A stretch of DNA of 64,000 nucleotides from Bacteroidales bacterium (GTDB lineage Bacteria > Bacteroidota > Bacteroidia > Bacteroidales > F082): positions 10,119 through 74,118 of the forward strand of contig JAFTUF010000041.1 of NCBI GenBank assembly GCA_017466405.1, read 5' to 3'. A program made the translations under genes and the position numbers. This document shows positions 19,912-27,127 of this stretch, one piece after another; position 1 is the stretch's first letter; every line of letters starts with the position of its first letter. Below the pieces are notes generated by a model. That model was given only the letters and a program-made list of their open reading frames with translations. It made no database searches and was not told the DNA's origin.

Positions 19912-21528
19912 ATGACACAAAAGATTCAAACATTACGCGACTCGGCAGCGATGAGATGGATTGCCTTGTTGCTTTTGGCATTTGCGATGTTCTGTTCATA
20001 TATCTTTATGGACATCTTATCGCCTATCAAAGACCTCATGCAATCGACAAGAGGTTGGGATTCCACAGCATTCGGAACAATGCAAGGTTCTGAGACATTC
20101 TTGAACGTATTCGTATTCTTCCTCATCTTCGCAGGTATCATCCTCGACAAGATGGGTGTTCGTTTCACAGCAGTATTGTCGGGCGCTGTTATGCTCGTCG
20201 GCGCTGTCATCAAATGGTACGCTGTATCAGGCAGTTTCATTGGCAGCGGCATGGAAAGATGGTTCACAGAAAACCTCAACTACATTCCATTATTTGACGA
20301 ATTAGGCGTTTCACCATTCTACAGAGGCATGCCTGCTTCAGCAAAGGTCGCAGCTATCGGCTTCATGATTTTCGGTTGCGGCGTTGAGATGGCTGGTATC
20401 ACCGTTTCCCGCGGTATCGTAAAATGGTTCAAAGGTCGTGAAATGGCTTTGGCAATGGGTTCAGAAATGGCATTGGCACGTCTCGGCGTCGCTACATGTA
20501 TGATCTTCTCCCCTATGTTCGCTAACTTAGGCGACAAAGTTGATGTCTCTCGTTCAGTAGCTTTCGGCGTTGTATTGTTATGTATCGCTCTCATCATGTT
20601 CATCGTTTATTTCTTCATGGATAAGAAATTAGATGCACAGACAGGCGAAGCAGAAGAAAAAGACGACCCATTCAAAGTCAGCGACATCGGCAAGATCTTA
20701 TCAAGCTGGGGATTCTGGTTGGTTGCTCTTCTCTGCGTTCTTTATTATTCAGCAATCTTCCCATTCCAAAAATACGCTGTTAACATGTTGCAATGTAACC
20801 TTACATTCACAGAACCTACAGAATTCTGGGCATCTAACGCAGTTACAATTATTCAATACGTGATTATGTTGGTTGTTGCAGCTGGTTCATTCGCAAGCAA
20901 CTTCTCAAAGAACAAAGGCATGAAATATGGTTTAATGGCACTCGCTATCGTCGCTTTGATAGTTTATTGCTATATGGGTTACATGCGCGGTTCAGCAGCT
21001 TCAGTATTCGCAGTATTCCCATTGTTGGCTGTCGCCATCACTCCTATCCTCGGCAACTATGTTGACCACAAAGGAAAAGCAGCTTCAATGTTGATGATTG
21101 GTTCATTATTGCTCATCGTATGCCACCTCACCTTCGCTTTCATTTTACCTATGTTTAAAGGACAAGCTGTCGGCGGTATCATCGTAGCATACGTAACAAT
21201 CTTAGTATTAGGTGCATCATTCTCATTAGTACCTGCAGCATTATGGCCAAGCGTTCCAAAATTAGTTGACGCTAAAGTTATCGGTTCAGCATATTCATTG
21301 ATATTCTGGATTCAAAACATCGGATTATGGTTATTCCCAATGTTAATCGGTAAGATTTTGGACAAGACAAATCCTGGCGTGACAAACCCAGTAGAACAAA
21401 ACTACACATGGGCTTTGGTTATGTTAGCATGTTTAGGCATTGCAGCTCTCATCATCGGAGTTATCTTGAAGAGAGTCGATGCTAAGAAACATTTAGGTTT
21501 GGAATTGCCAAACATCACAGAAGAATAA
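19912..21528 (+). CDS. MFS-type transporter
   Basis: 538 aa, about 12-14 hydrophobic segments in two halves separated by a charged loop (DAQTGEAEEKDDPF). Confidence 0.75.
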   Translation: MTQKIQTLRDSAAMRWIALLLLAFAMFCSYIFMDILSPIKDLMQSTRGWDSTAFGTMQGSETFLNVFVFFLIFAGIILDKMGVRFTAVLSGAVMLVGAVIKWYAVSGSFIGSGMERWFTENLNYIPLFDELGVSPFYRGMPASAKVAAIGFMIFGCGVEMAGITVSRGIVKWFKGREMALAMGSEMALARLGVATCMIFSPMFANLGDKVDVSRSVAFGVVLLCIALIMFIVYFFMDKKLDAQTGEAEEKDDPFKVSDIGKILSSWGFWLVALLCVLYYSAIFPFQKYAVNMLQCNLTFTEPTEFWASNAVTIIQYVIMLVVAAGSFASNFSKNKGMKYGLMALAIVALIVYCYMGYMRGSAASVFAVFPLLAVAITPILGNYVDHKGKAASMLMIGSLLLIVCHLTFAFILPMFKGQAVGGIIVAYVTILVLGASFSLVPAALWPSVPKLVDAKVIGSAYSLIFWIQNIGLWLFPMLIGKILDKTNPGVTNPVEQNYTWALVMLACLGIAALIIGVILKRVDAKKHLGLELPNITEE

Positions 21529-21550
21529 GACGCTGATATCACAATAAAAA

Positions 21551-21582
21551 AAACGGGTGAAATTTGATTCTACCCGTTTTTT
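21551..21582 (+). terminator. intrinsic terminator after the MFS gene
   Basis: aaacgggt ... acccgttt stem followed by a T-run. Confidence 0.8.
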
Positions 21583-21628
21583 GTTTGAAATGTATTATAA
21601 GTAATAATATGAATAAATGCTATAAAAC

Positions 21629-21651
21629 AAAAAAACTCGCTCATCGCGAGT
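21629..21651 (-). terminator. intrinsic terminator after tRNA-Val
   Basis: Minus strand reads actcgc gatga gcgagt followed by ttttttt. Confidence 0.7.
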
Positions 21652-21660
21652 CTTATTTTG

Positions 21661-21735
21661 TGGAAACTACTGGGGTCGAACCAGTGACCTCCTGCTTGTA
21701 AGGCAGGCGCTCTAAACCAACTGAGCTAAGCTTCC
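21661..21735 (-). tRNA. tRNA-Val (anticodon TAC)
   Basis: Reverse complement GGAAGCTTAGCTCAGTTGGTTTAGAGCGCCTGCCTTACAAGCAGGAGGTCACTGGTTCGACCCCAGTAGTTTCCA folds as a cloverleaf with anticodon loop CTTACAA and T-loop GGTTCGA. Confidence 0.92.
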
Positions 21736-21937
21736 ATTAAGTTCAAGAACCTGTTTCCTTGTGTTTTGCGAGTGCAAAGGTACAAAATTATTTCAAACGC
21801 ACAACACTTTTTTCAAAAAAAATTAAATATTTTTTAATCTATAAAAATCAAGTAATTACATCCGTAAAACATATCTTCTAAGATTTCTCATCAAGTTATT
21901 TCTCACAAAATGTCTAAGAAAATCTCTCAATATTTAA

Positions 21938-22358
21938 CGTAAGTTCGATATAAGGAACTATCATATAAACAAGCAACCATCTTCATCAGATGAGTTTCAA
22001 CCCTGAAAGGGTGACAGATAATAGGCAGGTGATGGAGCGTTAGCGGAATCCCTGCTCAAAATGTACCAAGACCAATCAGAGCGCTGTAGGCGCGACAGAA
22101 CAACCAGCACCCATTGATTTTCAATTTTCGACTTCGCAACTTCAAACTAAGTTCTGTCGTCCCTACGGGACTTGGATAATGGAATGCTCTTGTATAGCAG
22201 GCGTTCCGTTCCACTTCACACCTACCTGCTGTCTTACGTCCTTACAGGACTATCTGTTGTCGGATGACATAACGTTTTGTTCTTATTGTTAGCACTTTGA
22301 AGATAAAAAAATCGTTATGTTATTTATTTTTAATGAATTACTATATATCGAACTCACG
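21938..22358. mobile_element. MITE-like multi-hairpin repeat element, full copy with about 15-bp terminal inverted repeats
   Basis: Ends cgtaagttcgatata (21938-21952) and tatatcgaactcacg (22344-22358) are inverted repeats with one mismatch. The interior carries short hairpins ccctgaaaggg, gcgctgtaggcgc, tccctacggga and tccttacagga. A second inverted copy lies at 50667-50934. Confidence 0.75.
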
Positions 22359-22472
22359 TTATTTACTATTTTCATTTTTATCGCTTCTGCATATGAATAA
22401 AAAAATAGGTCGTAACTAATTACAACCTATTTCTTGCATTAACACTTTAGCGAATTACACTAGATAAATCAG

Positions 22473-22544
22473 CAACCCCGCTGGGAATCGAACCCAGATC
22501 TAAGGAACCGGAATCCTTTATTCTATCCGTTGAACTACGGAGCC
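22473..22544 (-). tRNA. tRNA-Arg (anticodon CCG)
   Basis: Reverse complement GGCTCCGTAGTTCAACGGATAGAATAAAGGATTCCGGTTCCTTAGATCTGGGTTCGATTCCCAGCGGGGTTG. Anticodon loop TTCCGGT; T-arm CTGGG TTCGATT CCCAG. The acceptor stem needs three G-U pairs. Confidence 0.75.
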
Positions 22545-22550
22545 GTTTGC

Positions 22551-22598
22551 AACTGACAATTAACAATTATCAGTGTTTATTGTCAGTTGTCAATAATC
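22551..22598. repeat. TTGACAA-family heptamer array / imperfect palindrome
   Basis: aactgacaattaacaattatcag tgtttattgtcagttgtcaataatc, between tRNA-Arg and the T9SS cargo gene. Confidence 0.7.
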
Positions 22599-22619
22599 GG
22601 CAAAGATAAGAATTATTTC

Positions 22620-23960
22620 TTATCTGACAATGTTAATACGTTTTGTTATAATGCCGTTTTCTGTTGTGATACGAACTAAATAAACTCCATCATTGTATTG
22701 AGAAAGGTTGATGATTGCATTGTCATCACCGACATTATTATCATAAACAATTTGTCCTAAAGCATTGATTATAGAGATATGAGTCATGTCTTTAGACTCG
22801 ATATTTAACTGAGCGACTGCAGGATTAGGATAAATCTTTACATCATCGATTTCGTTTTCTTCAACCGAAGTACCATCAATCTTTGCGGTTTGAGGGCAAG
22901 CCATAAAATAATGTTCATAGTCCTTCTCACCTGCATAAACCACTCTCAATGTATATTCGTCGTCGTTTTGAGCCTCATTGTCAATATAAACCTCTTCAGT
23001 AACAAGTTCCGACAAGAGTTCGTCGTTGCGATATAGAACTGCACCAATAACTTCTGTTATCACAGGTTCTTCGTGCATTTCGACGTAAGCACGAATTTGC
23101 CATGTGTAAGCAGGCATTGAGAGCATAGCAAAGTCCATCCATCCGTAGCCTTCATAATAAATCCAGCGACCGTTTGAGTCACCTTGGTCGGCGCAGGCAG
23201 CAGCAGGCTGTTGTCCGTTATAATTCGTAATGACGACCCAAACATTCTGACTTCCGCTTACTTCCACGGATGTACTCAATGCAATTTCCATATAATCTTG
23301 AGAACCTGTTGTTGAAAACTCTTGACTATATAATAAGGTGCCAGGTTCCGAAGAGCCACCTTCATAAATGAAAACCTCGCCGTTGAACGCCTCGCAGTCG
23401 TAGATAGATACCTTTGTGATAGATTGTCCTGCATAATTTGCCACATCTGAAGCAGGAAACATCACAGCCCACTTAAACGACTCGAAGGTAACGCCGTCGA
23501 AAGTGAGACCTACCGGCATAGAGAAATTACCGTCATCATAATGAAGCCAATTGCCTTCTTTAGAATCTTTAGCATCTTTATAAACTGCAGGTAAGGTCCA
23601 ACTAAGGACACCTACATTATTAATCATACCAGCTGTGAAATTTGTAGCCCCGGCGTACAAGTCACAGCTTTTCTTTGTCCATACATAATCAGCACTTTCT
23701 CCTGAGCCATTAGCGAAGACTGGTATAACGGTAGTCTTATATTCCTGTCCGTCAACGAGGTTTTCATGTTGATAGAATAAAGTTGTCAGTTCTTCAGCAA
23801 CCAATTCGCCATCAAGATAAACCTGATACGATGAAGCATCGTTGAGTTCGTCCCACATCGCCCATCCTGTTGGTGAGACATATAAGTTATTGACAGTTTG
23901 TGCATTAAGCGACACCATCGCAAACATACACATAATAATAAAAGTAAATGTTTTTCTCAT
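22620..23960 (-). CDS. secreted protein with type IX secretion (Por) C-terminal sorting domain
   Basis: 446 aa with a signal peptide. C-terminal KIYPNPAVAQLNIES...GVYLVRITTENGIITKRINIVR is a typical T9SS CTD. Confidence 0.85.
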   Translation of the reverse strand: MRKTFTFIIMCMFAMVSLNAQTVNNLYVSPTGWAMWDELNDASSYQVYLDGELVAEELTTLFYQHENLVDGQEYKTTVIPVFANGSGESADYVWTKKSCDLYAGATNFTAGMINNVGVLSWTLPAVYKDAKDSKEGNWLHYDDGNFSMPVGLTFDGVTFESFKWAVMFPASDVANYAGQSITKVSIYDCEAFNGEVFIYEGGSSEPGTLLYSQEFSTTGSQDYMEIALSTSVEVSGSQNVWVVITNYNGQQPAAACADQGDSNGRWIYYEGYGWMDFAMLSMPAYTWQIRAYVEMHEEPVITEVIGAVLYRNDELLSELVTEEVYIDNEAQNDDEYTLRVVYAGEKDYEHYFMACPQTAKIDGTSVEENEIDDVKIYPNPAVAQLNIESKDMTHISIINALGQIVYDNNVGDDNAIINLSQYNDGVYLVRITTENGIITKRINIVR

Positions 23961-23998
23961 AGTTTAATTAAGTTAAATAATAATACAAAGATAATAAA

Positions 23999-24036
23999 AG
24001 TCTAAAGTCGAATGATTAAAGTCTAAAGTTTTTTTT
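23999..24036. repeat. heptamer array (GTCTAAA)n plus T-run
   Basis: agtctaaagtcgaatgattaaagtctaaag tttttttt. Relatives lie at 41741-41764, 47848-47876 and 52529-52565. Confidence 0.8.
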
Positions 24037-24251
24037 GACAACTATCGACTTTTCTTAATACCTATTAATATAATATTCATATTTTCATTAAGATTACGTT
24101 AAAAAGAGATAAAATCGAGATTTTTCTTTATGATGAACTTGACAAAGCGACAAAGACTATTGTAAATTTGCAACAAAAATAAATAACAATTTAGAGAAAG
24201 TTCCGTACATACGCCATTATGTTTTATTGAAAAAAATCATTAATTTTTGTT

Positions 24252-24280
24252 TTTGATTTGTTACAAAATAATTAACTTTG
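24252..24280 (+). promoter_or_regulatory. Bacteroidota-type promoter (TTTG ... TAACTTTG) for RNA copy A
   Basis: The -7 box TAACTTTG at 24273-24280 matches TAnnTTTG. TTTG at 24252-24255 lies 17 nt upstream. Confidence 0.6.
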
Positions 24281-24286
24281 TCGCAG

Positions 24287-24509
24287 ATAAACAAAACATA
24301 ATTTTAATGATATAAAAGGTTTGAAATAGACATATTGAAGTAAGTGTTTGCTTATTGCGAGTGATATTCTGAAAATCGCCAAATTAAAATGAATGACCAC
24401 CGCTGCATTAAGTAAGGCTTCGCACTTTGTGCGGACTTTCTTATTTGCGTGGTCGTGGGCGTTTGGCGATGCCCCAGAATAACGAGTAAGATTGTTTCGC
24501 ACTTTTTTT
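24287..24509 (+). ncRNA. structured RNA / 5' leader, copy A (unclassified family)
   Basis: Conserved core 24320-24509 aligns with 25093-25283. It has nested helices (atcgccaaa/tttggcgat, ttctg/cagaa, gaccac(c)gc/gcgtggtc, cgcac/gtgcg) and ends in ttcgcac + T7. Five compensatory pair changes separate it from copy B. Confidence 0.7.
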
Positions 24510-24539
24510 ATTGTCTAAAATCTAATAAGGAACAACGCC

Positions 24540-24698
24540 ATGACCACTGACGAAATCAAAAACCATATTACCATCTCAGAAGAAACAGAACGTGACAAGA
24601 CCGCTTACGAAAGCAGTGAAGAAATATTCGGAAGGATAACATATTTAGAGACAGAGATTTGTGAAGCCATGTTTGAATTCAAGACCAAGTTTATGTAA
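24540..24698 (+). CDS. small hypothetical ORF (52 aa) downstream of RNA copy A
   Basis: Hand-translated as MTTDEIKNHITISEETERDKTAYESSEEIFGRITYLETEICEAMFEFKTKFM*. The stop lies 1 nt before the next ATG. Below the track length cut-off, with no recognisable motif. Confidence 0.3.
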   Translation: MTTDEIKNHITISEETERDKTAYESSEEIFGRITYLETEICEAMFEFKTKFM

Positions 24699-24699
24699 T

Positions 24700-24969
24700 A
24701 TGGAAGAAATCGCCGAAACTGAAATCAAAGAATTTATTTCAATAATAATTGAAAAGAAGAGGCAGCAGTTAAAAGAATACAACCTCCTCACCCACTCCAT
24801 ATTTCATGAGATGTTCGGCGATTCTGCAGGATTTGAAGGAAGTGATGATAAGAAGAAACAGAATTATTCCGAGATTATTAAATCTATCAACAAGCAGAAA
24901 GAGCTGATAGAAAGGTCGATTGAGTTATTAAAAGTCGCTGAGTCTCCGAGTCTCCGAGTCACCAAGTAA
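24700..24969 (+). pseudogene. hsdS: remnant of a type I R-M specificity subunit (HsdS): conserved coiled-coil regions only, no target-recognition domains
   Basis: From ATG at 24700: ...EKKRQQLKEYNLLTHSIFHEMFGDS... matches the HsdS central conserved helix followed by FxEMFGDP. A second helix QKELIERSIELLK follows. The C-terminus runs into the repeat gtctccgagtctccgagtc. Confidence 0.5.
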
Positions 24970-25022
24970 TTATGGAATTCAGGGACTCGTTTCTGAGGTT
25001 TAAAAATAATATTAAAATTTAT

Positions 25023-25054
25023 TTTGGATTTTAGAATAAAACTAATTACTTTTG
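25023..25054 (+). promoter_or_regulatory. Bacteroidota-type promoter (TTTG-N20-TACTTTTG) for RNA copy B and probably the downstream operon
   Basis: The -7 box TACTTTTG at 25047-25054 and TTTG at 25023-25026. No other TAnnTTTG lies between here and the ATG at 25322. Confidence 0.6.
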
Positions 25055-25059
25055 TCGCA

Positions 25060-25283
25060 AGTAATGAAAAGAGAAATATTATGAAGTAGAATTTTGAAAT
25101 AGACATAATGAAGTAAGTGTTTACTTATTGCCAGTGATGTTCGGAAAATCGCCAAAATGAAGAAATAGTCACTACTGCAATAGGAGATGCTTCGCACCAT
25201 GAGTGCGGACTTTCTTATTTGTGTGACTATAGGCGTTTGGCGATGCCTCCGAATATCAAATAAGGAAGGTTCGCACTTTTTTT
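25060..25283 (+). ncRNA. structured RNA / 5' leader, copy B, immediately upstream of the nine-gene operon
   Basis: Core 25093-25283, paralogous to 24320-24509. Helices agtcac(t)ac/gtgtgact, ttcgg/ccgaa, atcgccaaa/tttggcgat and cgcac/gtgcg. Ends in ttcgcac + T7, 38 nt before the ATG at 25322. Confidence 0.7.
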
Positions 25284-25321
25284 ATTGTGGGTAGTTGTAT
25301 AGAAAAACAAATCTATGTATT

Positions 25322-26674
25322 ATGGAAAAAAGATTTTTACTTGCTTTTTTGCTCATCATCCTTGCAGCTGGATGTAGCAGAAATCCGTCTCGGCAAAGCA
25401 GTGGTAGAGAAAATGTTGAGACAAAAGAAACACTAGAATTAGTTGAAAAAACGGATGTGGAAAATCCAGTAGTTAAACCCACACTCAAAGTCAAACCTGT
25501 AGTAAATATCTACATTGAGAATTCTGGTAGTATGAATGGATTTATAAATAAAACGTCCGAATATCAGGATGCTATTCAAAATATGGTAGTATGGTTAGAA
25601 TACTATTACGATACCGATAATATCAAACTACATTATATCAACGAGCGTGTCATTCTTAAAGAAAAACCAGTAAGTATACCTTTACCAGACTTTGCACAAC
25701 AAATGCTGTCTCCTGTAGAATTTAAATCAAATGGTAATGGCGCATCAACTAATCTTAATAGTATAATAGCGATGATATTAGATCGTACTGACGATAATAC
25801 AATATCTATATTGTTATCAGATAACATTTATTCTATTTCGGGTTCACAAACAGCACCTGTGTTGTTAGCTGAATGTAAAAATAAAACATTACAGGCTTTC
25901 TTGGGAAAAAGCAAGGAACTGAATATGCAACATCAACAAGCTTTATCCACAACAATCATTCAACTACATTCTCAATTTAGTGGTAATTATTGGGATTATA
26001 AACATCCTACTGGAAAAGCATCTCAACAGTTGAATTGTAAGAGACCTTATTATATGTGTGTTATTGGAGTTAATGATTTGATTTCTGATTTTAACAACAA
26101 ATTTAATGTCAATGAAATGAATGGTTACAGAAACAAATACACATTAACAGACATGGAAGAGTTGAATCCTAAATATGGTGTGCTAGTAAACACATATAAG
26201 ACAGGTAGATTTAGGAAAGTAAATGACACAACAATAAGAGAAGCTTCATTAGATGGACGTAAAAACATTTTTGCCTTGGCGATAGCTGTTGATTTGAGTG
26301 AAATACCTCTGAATGATGATGAAAAATGTGATACACGTTTATTTGAAGCAACAGAAGATTATGATATAGAGGAAATTATAAAGATAGATGATGCAACAAT
26401 ATCTCCAGTTGATATGCAAGTGACCAAGAATTGCACACACATAATAAAGGTTTCTACATCAAATAAAACTATTCCTGGTTTTACATTAAAAATGAAAAGA
26501 TTGTTGCCAAATTGGGTGGAAAATACATCATCTGTAGATGATACAAAAATAGGAACTGATACTGAAGAACAAAAACGGACATTTGGTTTAGCATACTTCG
26601 TCAATGGAATAAAAGAAGCATACGACAAAGGAGCTGATAATTATTTTGAAATTAACATTACAGTAAACAAATAA
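25322..26674 (+). CDS. lipoprotein with vWA-like domain (operon gene 1)
   Basis: Start taken at MEKRFLLAFLLIILAAGC (lipobox LAAGC). VVNIYIENSGSMNGFI resembles the vWA beta1-MIDAS motif DxSGSM with E for D, and ISILLSDNIYS resembles the vWA TDG strand. Confidence 0.6.
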   Translation: MEKRFLLAFLLIILAAGCSRNPSRQSSGRENVETKETLELVEKTDVENPVVKPTLKVKPVVNIYIENSGSMNGFINKTSEYQDAIQNMVVWLEYYYDTDNIKLHYINERVILKEKPVSIPLPDFAQQMLSPVEFKSNGNGASTNLNSIIAMILDRTDDNTISILLSDNIYSISGSQTAPVLLAECKNKTLQAFLGKSKELNMQHQQALSTTIIQLHSQFSGNYWDYKHPTGKASQQLNCKRPYYMCVIGVNDLISDFNNKFNVNEMNGYRNKYTLTDMEELNPKYGVLVNTYKTGRFRKVNDTTIREASLDGRKNIFALAIAVDLSEIPLNDDEKCDTRLFEATEDYDIEEIIKIDDATISPVDMQVTKNCTHIIKVSTSNKTIPGFTLKMKRLLPNWVENTSSVDDTKIGTDTEEQKRTFGLAYFVNGIKEAYDKGADNYFEINITVNK

Positions 26675-26684
26675 AAATAAGATT

Positions 26685-27110
26685 ATGATACAAGATTTTA
26701 TTGCAAACATTTACGAACTATGGGGAGCCGCTTATTTTGAAGGTTTCTCTGATGATATGTACAATATCAACGCCTATTTACCTATATTTTTATGGATGAT
26801 TATTTCCATAATTGTTGTAAGTGTAACATATTATTACATAATAAATCATTCGAGATTAAATCGGTGGTATTGGTGGGGATTATTTAATTTGGTCACATCG
26901 TTGTTGAATTTTGGGATAGCATGGGGAGCATCTCATGGAAAATTATTGGATTTATATAATAGTCAAAATATGGATTTCCCATATTCTGCGATGATAGAAT
27001 TTTTCCCATTTGCAGTTATCTGCTTTTGCTGGACATTCGTACTATATTTTGTCTTCTCTATGGTTATAAAATGGGGAAGTAAAAACTGTAAACATTCACC
27101 GTTTTTGTAA
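26685..27110 (+). CDS. small integral membrane protein, 3 predicted TM segments (operon gene 2)
   Basis: 141 aa. Hydrophobic stretches YLPIFLWMIISIIVVSVTYYYII, WYWWGLFNLVTSLLNFGIAWGA and FFPFAVICFCWTFVLYFVFSMVI. Confidence 0.7.
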   Translation: MIQDFIANIYELWGAAYFEGFSDDMYNINAYLPIFLWMIISIIVVSVTYYYIINHSRLNRWYWWGLFNLVTSLLNFGIAWGASHGKLLDLYNSQNMDFPYSAMIEFFPFAVICFCWTFVLYFVFSMVIKWGSKNCKHSPFL

Positions 27111-27127
27111 TTAAAAAAAGTAAAGAT

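Noticed and set aside
24272-24502. 76-aa minus-strand ORF covering RNA copy A (and 25282-25494 near copy B)
   Set aside because: No equivalent ORF spans the paralogous copy B. The differences between the copies preserve base pairing rather than a reading frame, and the promoter and T-tract indicate plus-strand transcription.
24287-25283. Retron msr/msd, a CRISPR-associated RNA or a transposon guide RNA (omega/bridge RNA) as the identity of the paired RNAs
   Set aside because: No reverse transcriptase, cas, TnpB/IscB or IS110-type recombinase gene occurs anywhere in the window. The position directly before ORFs fits a cis-acting leader better.
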